A stretch of 64,000 nucleotides of DNA from NCBI GenBank assembly GCA_028534125.1, contig CM052816.1, positions 75,332,001-75,396,000 on the forward strand. The letters are read 5' to 3'. The stretch is from Lama glama. Taxonomy: Eukaryota. Numbering within the stretch: the stretch's first letter is position 1; every line of letters starts with the position of its first letter. The notes under the pieces were generated by a model. It searched no databases, was not told the DNA's origin, and worked only from the letters and a program-made list of their open reading frames with translations. Made by a program: the position numbers and the translations under genes. Of the stretch, positions 1-11,715 are shown one piece after another.

Positions 1-2170
1 GATGTAGCTATGCTAGCATCACACAAATTGGACTGTAAGGCAAAAAGCATTATTATGAAAGAAAGATGGTACTATACAGTGATTAAAAGAACAATTCACC
101 AAGAAGCTTGAACAGCCCTAAAGCTGCATACACCCAACAAAATAGCCTCAAAACACTGCAAGTTTGAGATTTGCAAATATTAACTACTGTGTAAAAAAAT
201 AGATAGATAATAAATTTATTTTATATAGCACAGGGAACTATATTCAATATGGTGTAATAACCTTTCATGAAAAAGAATATGAAAATGAATATATGTATAT
301 ATATGCATAACTGGGACATTATATTTTACACTTAAAATTGATACATTATAACAGTATACTTCAATAATAAAAAAGCTTATTTCATTTTGATAACTAAAAT
401 CCACAATTTTAGTTGAGGACTATTTTCAGCATAATTCTCATATTACATGTTAGACTATGCAGTTTAAAATTAGTAAAATCATGTATGATTAGACAAGAAA
501 ATAAACAAGCTTGATATAACAGGTATATAGAATTATGCTCCTCAAAATTAAAGAATATTCATTTTTTAAGCACATTTGTAATATATTTAAATATTAACCA
601 CATATGTCATATAGGAGATCTCAACAAATACCAAGATTAAATATCAAGTTCATACACACCAAGTTATTTACAATACAAAAAGTAGAAATAAATAACAAAA
701 ACAAAATAATTTAAAGAGGCATTAAGGAATTAAAAATTAAAAATTAAAATATTTTTTAGATTGAAGAAAAGTAATGGACAATAAACCTAGATATTAAACC
801 TTGTGAAATGAAGCTAAAATGGTCCTTAGAATAAAATTTAGAGCCTTTTATGCATATATTAGAAAAGAAAATATGTGAATTAATAAGCTAATCATCTAAC
901 TTAAAAAGCTGAAAGAGTAAAAAGAAATTAAATCCAAATAAAGGAGGAAAAACTAAGAAGAGAAACTGATTAAATACAAATCAGATAATACAGAAACAAC
1001 AAAATAAAAATCTATTTGTCCTAATGAAATAGACTAACCTCTAGAAAAATTGATCAAGAAAAAAATGGAATATAAAAATAAATAATGCTAAAAAATGAAG
1101 AGAAATTATAACTATTGGGGCAGTAGAATTTTAAGAGAAGTCCATATTTATGCCAATACATTTGAAAAAGTTAATGTTTTTAAAAACAGAACTTTCTAAA
1201 AATAACTTAATTAGAAATAGAAAGGCCAAAAAGCCTATAATGATTAAGCAGGAAAAAACAACTTTAAAAAAATCTCTTCTTACTGACAAACATAACATTT
1301 GGACCAGAATATATCCCAAGCATAATCTTCTAACCCATTAAAGAACATATAAACTCCTATTTCATATGAACTGTTCTGGAGAAGAGAAAAAAGATTAAAT
1401 TACAAATCAAAGTCAGATAGGATTTATGCTAAGAATTCAAGTATATTTTAAAATGAGAACATCTGTAAATGTTATTTCCCACATCAACAGATTAAAAAAG
1501 GAAAAAAAAAGATTTGATCATTTCAGAAATGTAAAGAAGGTTTTTGATAAAATTCAACACCAATTCACAATTTTTTTAAAAAGCAGTTTTTAGCAGACTA
1601 AGCATTGAAAAGAGATTCCTTACTCAGATAAAGTGTATCTACCAGATATCTTAAATTTAGCATTCTATTGAACAATGAGAGACTCTGAAAATTTAGAAAC
1701 AAGGTAAAGATGTCCACCCTCTTTACTACTATCCAGCACTGTGTTGAGGGACTAGCTAGTAAACTAAGAAAACACACACACATTGGAAAGTAAGAGATAA
1801 AACTGTTACTTTTTGTAACAAGTCAAACTATGAGCTGCCTGAAAATAAATCTAACAAAAGGGGGAGAGAAACTTCATGAGCAAATTATAAAGCCTTACTT
1901 GACATAAAAGAAGTCCAGAGTGAATGAAGAGAAGACTAATGTTAGAAGGTGGGAAGAGTCCAATATAATAAAGATGACAATTCTCCCAAAATTGTTCAAT
2001 CAATTCATGCAATCCCAATCAAAATCTCAGTAAGTTTTTTCAGTGGATCCAACTAATATATTCTAAAATTAATATGAAAGAATGAAATGCCAAGATTAGC
2101 CAAAGCAATTTTGACCAAGAAAGGGAACAGACCAAGGGTGAGACTCATCCTTCCCGGATATACAAAGACA
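1..2170 (+). mobile_element. Ancient degenerate LINE-1 (L1M-type) ORF2 fragment, endonuclease to RT region, interrupted at ~161-373
   Basis: A-rich sense strand with eroded ORF2 motifs: cccaacaaaatagcctcaaaacac (PNN.ASK), tttgataaaattcaacac (FDKIQH), caatcccaatcaaaatc (AIPIKI), gccaaagcaattttg (AKAIL); many stops and frameshifts. Confidence 0.85.
161..373 (+). mobile_element. Younger artiodactyl/camelid-type L1 3' end nested in the old L1
   Basis: gtttgagatttgcaaata…tatagcacagggaactatattcaata…tatacttcaataataaaaaa; closely resembles the reverse complement of 63525-63740. Confidence 0.85.
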
Positions 2171-2179
2171 ATGGTTGAT

Positions 2180-2280
2180 AAATTTCCCAGGACTGTAGAG
2201 TTTAGTAAACAGCAGAGCTAGGATGAAACCATGGTTCACATCACGGCCAAGTTCACACTCTTACACACTATGCTCCTCAA
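2180..2280 (-). mobile_element. MIR fragment
   Basis: agtaaacagcagagctaggatgaaacc…actcttacacactatgct resembles the reverse strand of MIR. Confidence 0.55.
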
Positions 2281-4231
2281 AGACACTTAAGTCATAACTT
2301 AAAGCCATTTCTAGGATTGATAATGGAGAGTGGGCATGTGAAAGAACAGTCAGGGATAAGGAAGTTATTTATAAGAAAGACCAACCCAATTAACTGACTG
2401 TGGATCACATTGAATCACATTATGAATGATTATCAAGAAATGTAGAATTCGAAAAGTCTTTATACAGTAATACATACTTTTGATTATCTATAAAGATACA
2501 GAAAAAGGATAAAAATACAATAAGCATGTTAAAAAGAATATATACATAAGTAACTCTTCGAGCAAGATTGATAACTTTTTATATGCATTAGAGAAAATAT
2601 AGAAAATATGTATTTGGAAGAATCTAGGTTGTTTATCCTTTCATGAGTGATACTGAGAATTATGGTAGATATGTGAAGAAAAGCGTGGCATCGCATCAAA
2701 CTTGTCTTATTAATGGGTAACTAGGACACGAGAGCTCACTGGTCAGAACACCTGAGATGACTTGAGTCAGACATTTTGTCAAAATCAGCTGAAATCAGAA
2801 TGGGCATACATTTAAGCTTTCCATTCATCTTGTTCCTGCCAATTAGTTTTTTTTTAAGATCTATTAAACATCCAACACTGTAATACTCTGTAGACTATTA
2901 AAAGAAATATAATTTGTGGACCCTAGCCACCCTTAAATTCCTTATATTTTAATTAGAGAGATATGGTCCAGAACCCAATTAAAAAGGAATTTAAGGATTG
3001 AGAGATATGAATCTGATATAAGAAAGAGATGCACAACAGAAATAGAAGCAGAAAAGAATTTAATACATTCTGTGTTAGTGTCTGGTATTGAAATTAAGCA
3101 TATTTTTTTCCATTGTTATGTTACTGGAAAATAACTTCTTTAGGTCTTTCAGAGATCAAATATGGTTACTGGAAGGGTCTTCCCTTCACCCCAGGAGAGC
3201 ATAAAGGGATTGGGTTTCTACTTGGTGGAGGGATATCAACTGAAAAAACAGAGAGAATGTAGGGGAAAAGTGTCCCAATCTATGAGCTGATTGGATATTT
3301 GGATTTGATTACCTGTAACTACATATAACAGAGTTAACTGGCCACATGATTGCAGAAAGAAGCTGCCTGAAAGAGTAGAGTTGTAATGGCCAATACCTTG
3401 CAGACAAGGCAGAGGTGATGTGACAAAATTAGGGGGTGGGGGAAAGACTAAAAATGTGGAAATAATGTCATTTTGTATTTGTGTTCCATGGCCTCACCTA
3501 TTGTCTGTAATTATCCTGCTGTACAAAGATAAATTCTCTCCTGAGCATTGGAGGTGCCACTTGCCACAGAGGAGCAGGAGGAATTGGATTGCTCAGCCTG
3601 GCAGTTTGGGCAGAAGCCCAGCCTGAGAGATGTAACCCACTTGCTCACTAGCAGGAGAAGGAGTTTGGTAGGTAGACACAGACAGGGTAACTCTTTTGCA
3701 TCTTTTCTCGTTACCTTTTACATTCCTAAAAGAAAACGTAATTATCGTAGTCTTATTTCATGTGGCATCTGAAGTTGGTTGTTTTGGAGGATGAGGAACA
3801 TTTAGTTTGTGCCAATAGATCTTTGGGTTTTTACTTAGTTTGTGCTAGGATTTCTGTGATAGCTGTACTATTACCCAAAAGTTGTGTACTTCTGAGCTAA
3901 GGAAGAGTCAAATGGACATAATAGATTCACTTTCAAATAATGTCACACTTAGTGTCATGCATGTGGGTTTTCTTCCCTTTTGTTATATTCTCTAATTAAT
4001 ATACATCTATACATCCAGACGTTCCTTCTTGCTCTGTGGATAGGAATTAGATACAAAAAGAAGTCCACTTAAGAACTCATAGATGAGACAGTTTATATAG
4101 GTACAATAATGATATTCATTTTTAATTTATAATTTATACCTCACATACTTTTTGAAAAGATGTGTACATGTTACAATAATAACACATTTGACACAGAGTA
4201 ATTAAAATAAAAATAAAAGGAATTAGTGATG

Positions 4232-4277
4232 AAGAGAAAGAGAAAAAGGAAATTAAGAGAAAGAGAAAAAGGAAAAT
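4232..4277. repeat. 23-bp tandem duplication (aagagaaagagaaaaaggaaa-tt/at)
   Basis: Two adjacent copies at 4232-4254 and 4255-4277. Confidence 0.85.
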
Positions 4278-4359
4278 GGAGTTATTTAGCTACTAAAGGA
4301 GCTTGTTAAGGAAGCTCATAGAAATAATTTTCTGATGGTAATCACACTCATAACAGTTA

Positions 4360-4545
4360 ATTCTTTGGCATTTGAGCACTCTGCTGTGTTTCACATGCAT
4401 TGCCTCATTTAATTCTCATAACAGCCCACTGCGTGAGGTTGGTCTATGATATTTTCCCCATTTCACAGCTAAGAAAACTGAAGCACACTGAGATTATGTC
4501 ATTTAACCTGTTGTCATGTAGCTAAGATGTGGAACTGGGCAATCT
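4360..4545 (-). mobile_element. MIR
   Basis: ctcatttaattctcataacagccc…ccccatttcacagctaagaaaactgaagcac is the MIR core, reverse strand. Confidence 0.8.
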
Positions 4546-5914
4546 GATAAAGAATACATGCCATTCTCTCCAGGATGTCCGCTGATGTAGACTGATTTAG
4601 TGGACAATAAGATTACACTGTTCAAAGACATGAGAGGATTTGTCCTGGATCTCTGGAATTTCCATCTCAGATTTTTTTGAAGTTACTTCATGATGAACAC
4701 AGAGCAACATGCTATTTGCTATTTTCCCAAAACTCCAACTATGTCTTGGCATCACGGAGATGTGTCTGACTTGCCATGTACATTGTCTATTAGAAATAAA
4801 GTATTGTGTCCTAGGAAACCTGTTAAATCTTCTTATAGCTCTTTGATCCTAATATTCCAGGAAATTATTCTAAATAATGAATGTCTTCTATAGGACATAG
4901 ACCCTCATGTTTTGTGAGGTCTTTTCTGTTATCATGAAACTTGAGGGTAGGGAGTTTTAATTACTCTGGGGAGACTTGTGGCTGTAAAATCTTGAGCAGA
5001 ACTGGGAAGGGAGGGACTCTTGCTGCTGGCCACATTTTCCTATTTTCTTCTCACCGGAAGTTCCATCAGAAGGCATTTTCTTTCAAACCCTTAGTCCCTA
5101 ACTCCTCTCCTGCCAAAATTCCAACTTTCATGTGTTTAAATGAGAAGATGAGAAGAGGGTACTAATAATGACATAAAGTAAGACCCACCGTCCATCTGTC
5201 ATGGGCTGTGGCCTCAGCCACACCTCCAAAATGGCAGAACCCAGGACTCTCTGTGTCCCACAGCTCAGCCGTGGCCTCTGTGACTCTGCTGCTTTCCACG
5301 CACAAGGTGACTTTTTTGATGAACGATGCAACCTTTTTGGGGGTGATGGTTCATCATTTCATTGTGAATCACAGGAAATGACAAAATATTTGGGGGCCAT
5401 GTTCTTTCAAAAAATGATGAATGAGTCAGTGTCACTGTTGGAGAAACAAACAGCTCAGACAGCTGATGAGTGGATGTGTTTTCAGCCAGGAATCTGGGGT
5501 GGAAGATGTTGGGGGTTGTGCAGGAAGACAAGAGGGGGAACAAGAAGATATTATGTCCACTTTAGGAACCCTTGATCTAGTTTCATTCATAAACTGGAGA
5601 ACTTTAGGATATCTCCAGGCACATGTTAAATATTGTTTACCAAAAAATTAATATAACTCATATATATACATTTTGCCTTCAACTTCTAGATTTATAAAAA
5701 GACTTTAAGGGTTCTTTGTACAGCCTGTCCCTCTGCTGCCATGTGGAGCTGTACTAGATTTCCTTGGAATTGTCCATCCAAATACTTTTAATGGCCATAT
5801 ATAAACTGCAGCCCCCAAACAGGGGGTATGGGTCTGCATGCTGTTCAGAGAAACTTGCCACAAAAAGAAGGTCTTTGAAGCTTCATGTTTTATCTTAAAA
5901 ACAAAATCTGTGCA

Positions 5915-6044
5915 AAGAATATATATATATATATGTATATATATGTATATATATATATACTCTAACTGAATCGCTTTGCTGTACACTAGGAACTAGCACA
6001 ACAACTAAATCAACTATACTTCAATAAAACAAAACAAAACAAAA
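5915..6044 (+). mobile_element. Very short artiodactyl-type L1 3' terminus with (TA)n and (CAAAA)n tail
   Basis: ctgaatcgctttgctgtacac…aaatcaactatacttcaataaaa; same tail motif as 33730-33798. Confidence 0.8.
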
Positions 6045-8049
6045 GCAGATTTTGTCCTCTTCTCCTTAATGTGTGCATTTGTGTGTATGTGTGTCTGATG
6101 AAAACAATCTCTTCCCTTTTCAAATAGGTAAAGTTGATGTTCTAGAAATATATGCCATGCTTATGCATTGGCTTTAGAACCCTACACTGTCATGTACCTA
6201 TACTGCAGTTTGAAAAGACTATCCTGAGCCATCCTGGACAAAATTTTCCCCCAATAATAAAGAGGCAATTACATTCATTGTCTGATTGTTTGCTAAGGCT
6301 TAAGTCTGGACACTTTAATATGCCATTGGAATTCTGAAAACCAGTACGTAGATAATTTCAAACCGTTAGCCAGGAGTGAGATGAAACAGCACATGAGGCG
6401 ACTTTCTTTTCTCTATCCCACATCCTAATCTCCAGAAACCTGCTCAGTCTGCTCAGCCAGTCTGATATGCACCAGATCAGGCCCCGCTGTAGGCAGGTTT
6501 CCCTGGCTGCCCTCCCCCGGTACCCAGAGTCACCTTGCCCGAGTATCCGTGGTTTCCTCCCAGAGGTCTACTCGTCACAGGTTTGTACAGTACAGATCTG
6601 TGCCACAGCTTGACAGCTTTGTGATGGCAGCACTCTCCTAATTGTCAGGGAAGAGGCTGGTAAACTCATCTGCAACAATTAGCTGCTAATCAGAGAGTAG
6701 TTAATATTAGTGTGTTATTCTGTGCCACGATTCTTTTCTTCCCTTCGGATTTCTCCAAGGATTTCTCAGAGGTCTGATTGTCCCTCTGATGTTGATTCCT
6801 CAGTCACTAGTTCTATCTTCTTGCCTTGCTAGTTAAAACAAGAGGCAGGGAATTCTTGTTCATGGTCTGATCACACAGTACCTTGAGTCCCTCTTTTGGC
6901 TGACCTGTGTTTTCGTCTGCTTCTAGCTGCTAGTTCCTAGGATGGGAAGGAGGAAGTTGACTCAGGAATTCAGCTGGGGCCCCTGAGAAGGCATGTTCCA
7001 TCACCTTGTCCACCCAACTGCAAGGGGTAAACTCTATGTAATGCAGGCATCAGCAATGGAATCACCTTTCAGGATAATGGCCATCCTAAGGGGTAGCAAT
7101 GGGTATTCCTTCCCGGGACCCTTAGGCACAATGGGTAATAATAATTGTCATATACAGAAAGCCCTCTAATTTTCAAAGTGCTGTTTCACTTGATTATCAC
7201 AATAGCCCAATGAGATATGTGTGCACAGAAATAGTGGGCACCACTGATGTTAACTACAGATATGAGGAGGAAAGAGAGAGATCTAGTAGATATCTTGTAC
7301 ATCATCCTGAAATGGCCCCACCGTGGTTCACGTCATGCCCATCCATGTCAGTGTTCCCAGTCTGATGACTGGTCCTGGGAAATGCCTTTTGTTCATATAA
7401 GATTAATCTCTGGGTCTCTGCTGGAGGTTTAGGAGAGCTGCCTTTAAACCCACAAAGAGATGCGTGCCTACTCTCATCTCATAGAGTTCAGTTCTACCTC
7501 TGACTGGAGCAGGGGTCTTAGGTGTGGGCAAAAGACCGATGGTTCTTGAACTTTTTCACCCTGCCAGATCCCTTCTCACATGGAAAGGCACTTTGCAGAG
7601 TTAACTCTCAGATTCTGAAAGCTAGCATGTCTCTTTTAAGCCAGACCAGATCTGTCTTTGGCTATGGTTCCACACTTCACACAGTGTCCGGCCTGCCATA
7701 TGCTGAGTTGTGTCACTGTTTAGTAAAAGAGGATGCTGCATGGATCTGGTGGTTTGGAACATTCTACTCACTTGGCCCTGGGCACAACACTGGCTTCCCA
7801 TCTGCTTCTGAGTACAGCTCCTGGATCTGATTCCAATTCTGATAGTAGGAAATAGTCTAAATCTGCCTTCACTGGACCCTTACCCAACATTACATGCCCA
7901 GAGCTTCTGTCTTGTTGGAAAGTTTTCATTCAGTTCAGTAACTCAACTCAATTCATTAAGTATTTTGAGTAATATGAGAGGAATTATGTTCTAGTTGGTG
8001 GTGGACTTCAGGTCAGAACTCTATTACAACCAAAGTAATATGTCCCAAA

Positions 8050-8512
8050 TACTGTTTCCTTTTCTCTCCAGGTCTACCCACCATCTTCCACCTTGCCCTT
8101 GGCTCCAGAAGGCTGACTACTATGGGATTCGTTAATGGGTTTTCGTGTTCTCAAGCTTGCAGCTGGGTTTTACCACTGGAGATACCTCAAGGGGGGTACA
8201 GGAAAGTGATGTGGGGTATTTATTGCTCTGCATCTCTGTTAGAGCTCGCTTCGAGATCGAAGAGCCCCTTCGCTGAAGGTTCTTGCTTCTCTCAAGGCAG
8301 GATTCATTACAGCTCTCTTCTGCTAGTTTCTAATAACACTCCTTATCCTTATTCTTTGCTGTCTAGGAGTCTTTAAACTGTTACTAGCCTTGAGTCCCTG
8401 CATTACAATCTCTGGTTTATCTACCCCCCATCATCCCTTTACGAATAAACTCTCCTTGAATTATCCTAAATGAGTTTTGCCATCTGTTTTCTGTTAATAC
8501 TCTGACAGATAC
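8050..8512 (+). mobile_element. ERVL solo LTR, LTR33-like
   Basis: Matches recalled LTR33 segments: agaaggctgact, ggggtatttattgc, tgttactagcc, aataaactctcc, and the 3' end gccatctgttttctg…ctgacagatac. Confidence 0.75.
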
Positions 8513-8600
8513 TGTGTGATTTGAGGCAAGTCACTTCGTAGGACTAGTGACCTCAAATGTAATATGAGAGGTTTCAAGCAGATAATATCCCCTCCAGCTT
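8513..8600 (+). mobile_element. MIR fragment
   Basis: tgtgtgatttgaggcaagtcactt…ctcaaatgtaatatgag. Confidence 0.55.
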
Positions 8601-8937
8601 GAAATTTGCTTGGCATTTTAGGGATTGCAAAATAAAGCTCTTCTTTGGGAGCTTCAGGTCTCATTGAGGAGATAATGTATAGACCTATGAAATGCAGAAT
8701 AGAGCTAAGTATCTGAGAGACAAGGATGCGTAATAAGTGCTCCAAGAATTCAGAAATGGACAAGGTCAGCATAAACTGAATGGTCAAAGGAAACATATAG
8801 ATCTGCCAATAAAGTCTGCTTCAACAAAGAACCTTCTGTGGTGGATTTTCTAACCTGGGTCTGCGATGAATGTTGTATTCAAGGCTGTACCAGGCAGAAG
8901 GAGTGTTACGGGGCTATCCCAAAGAGCCCACACAGTA

Positions 8938-9136
8938 CGTCGGCCCTCAGTATCCGCTGGGTATTGGTCCCAGCCCACCCCCCCCCCCAGTACCAAAATC
9001 CTTAGATGCTCAAGTCTCTTACATGCAATGGCATAGTGCAGTCAGCCCTGCCACCCTCAGTAACAGCAGGTTCTGTGTCCATGGATTCAACCAACTGCGG
9101 GTCACTGCGGAACCCACAGATTCAGAGGGCTGACTG
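8938..9136. mobile_element. Tigger/MER2-group non-autonomous DNA transposon with an internal inverted terminal copy
   Basis: TA flanks at 8936-37 and 9137-38; 5' end gtcggccctcagtatcc…taccaaaatccttagatgctcaagtc (MER2-like); 3' TIR cagagggctgactg. Confidence 0.85.
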
Positions 9137-10700
9137 TATTGGCAAATCTTAGACAAGGCCTTCTGGAAATGATTTATTCTTGAGACTGGACCCAGCCACA
9201 TCTCACAATAAAATATCAAACTTCTAGGATTTCTTGAATTGAAACATTTAAAAAATATATATCAGGAGATTAGGAATTGAGGGGCGGCAGGTCTAATTTT
9301 AATTGTTATTAATCAGCTGTACCTTAAATATTTTTTAATCTGAAGACAATGCTATTTTACATTTGTTATAGGTGTCTTTTCTTTTATTTGATGCAGAGAT
9401 ATTAAGGACATACACGCTGATATAAGGACAATATAACACCTTCATATCCACCATACAAGTTGGGAAATAAAATATTACCAATACAATTGAAATCCATAGC
9501 ATATCTTTTCCCATTTGGATACTACTTTTTTTTCACCACCAAAGATAATTTCTACTCCCTATCTCCTCCCATCCACCCCAATCTAGAGCCAAGGCCAAGA
9601 CAGATAAGTTGCTTGGCCAACTCCCTTTGTAAAGGGAAACCTCCCTTTCATGGAGAGTATAGGGTTACACTACAGCCACAGAAGATTTTAGCTTCACATG
9701 AACACTGTTTACGTAGGCACAGGCCTTTTCCCCACATACCTGTAAAAGCCCAAAGCCCTAGGTTTTTGTATCAAATGTCCTCATGACATCCAAGGCTTCA
9801 GAGTTGGCTTAGCCAACTGGATTCTATCTACCCTTTGGTTTGGTTTTAACCATTGAAGATTTTCCTTACTGGCTCAGTTGTGCATTTTTTAAATAAAATA
9901 TTTTAAAAAGATATTTTCACATATTTCTCTTGTAGTAGGAGACTTTTTTTTAAAAAAAGAATCTAGTTTACCATATCTTAGAGTGCAGAAACAAGACACT
10001 CTACTTAGATTCAAAGACTAGTTATAGTGGAACTTGAAAACCCTTCTCCCATCTCATAGGCAAGATGACTGTTGCCTAAACTAATTATAAAAATAGAAAA
10101 ACTTTTATAGTCAAGGAGCTAATTCAGCTAATTCAAATCTGGTGCCATTCAAGTACATTGACAGTGAGAAATGAATAAAGGAAAGTAAAATAATAGTCTC
10201 CTTGGCTGTATTCTCTAGCATTTTTCATTTAAACTTCCTTAAAAGTAAGAATCATTCTTTTAAAAACATTCATTTGAGTTTATTGGAACCAGAGCTTGTC
10301 TTATTTATTTTTATATCTTCCCTGGTTTTTAGCATGTTTCTTTTCTCATTGCAGGTGTTCAAAATGTATTTGCTGATTTAATTTGAATTGACTTTTCCAA
10401 GGCCAATGCAAAAACAAAATGGCCCCAATATTTCCTCTTGTTCTTCCTGTTCTGACACTGAAATTGAGCCAATTCACAGCAATCCCTTCCTTATGTTGTA
10501 CAAATTTGTGAACTTCGTGATCTAATCTTGGGCTCATTCACTTGCAAAGGATTTGCCTGGCTTGTATAAAATAAATAACTTCTAACTAGGGAGTTGTGTT
10601 TTAATTATTTGCAATCTTGTATGATCTAGTGTTAACTCTGTAAGCAAACATAAACTTTAGCAAGTAGAAAACAGTAAATGGCAGGGTTTATTATGGTTAC

Positions 10701-10731
<31 letters not shown>
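10701..10731. repeat. (TTTTG)n microsatellite
   Basis: Seen directly in the sequence. Confidence 0.9.
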
Positions 10732-11444
10732 ATATCAACCCGGGATCACTAGAAAATGATTGGTTATCATGGGAGATCATTCCAACTTTCGTTATTTCTC
10801 TTTTCCTGAAGAGACCAAAAATGAATAAGAATGTGGAGTACATATTTGACCACACTTTAAATCCAGTCTGAACAGTTCCTTCCGGAAGATGATACAAATA
10901 ATCTGGCACGATAAAAAAGGGTTTTCAAATAAAAGAATTTCCTTAAGAAGTAAAACAATTGTTTGGAATGTGTTAGTTTCTGTGTGTGCTCTACATAGTA
11001 TAGGTCTAAGTCCAGATAGTATCAAGACGTTTTGGCGTGGGGCTGGGGGCAATCCTTGAGGTAAGGTTTTGAGTGAGTAGACACTTTAAGTAAGGACTGG
11101 CAAAAAAAGAAGATACATGAGGAAACAGAGATGTGATGTATCAAAACTGGAATGAGAAATGTCTGTGTCCTAGCAGGGAGCTGACTGAAAAAGGTATGAG
11201 GAGTGAGTGGAAAGGCTCATTGCTGCTGTAATTTTCCCCTCTCATAACTCCCATGACTTCCGCAGCCAGGGTTTAGTCTCCATTACTTCTCTTAAGGTGC
11301 TTAAACAACTTTGAAAGGATACAAGAAGAAGTGACAAAGTAGAGAAGGAGGAAAGGCTGTTAAGTCACCCCAAAAATGGAACTACTGAGTTTCTAAAATT
11401 TATTGTAAAAAAAAAGAAAGTTTTCTTTACCTAATTTATATGAG

Positions 11445-11715
11445 AGGAAACTCAGAAATGCATACTAACAGAGGATTTGTTAAAGTATGTATTAGCATGT
11501 GCAATATGATGCAATCGTGTAAACACTCTTTGATGACTATGTAATACCGTGGAAAGCATTGATGATATAATCCAGTGTGCTGGGGAAACACCAGTCAAAC
11601 TGTGTAAAATATGAATGCATATGAACACATTCTAAAAGGATATATGGGTAATTGGATAGTTTTCTCTAGGGAAGCTCTCTTAGGGTAGGAAAATTGCATT
11701 CTTAATTTTTTAGTT
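11445..11715 (+). mobile_element. Ancient L1 (L1ME/L1MC-type) 3' fragment
   Basis: aaatgcatactaacagaggatttgttaaa…gtggaaagcattgatgatata…gatagttttctctaggg resembles old L1 3' UTRs. Confidence 0.5.

Noticed and set aside
5201..5575. 124-aa ORF
   Set aside because: No recognisable domain and no supporting gene structure; consistent with chance.
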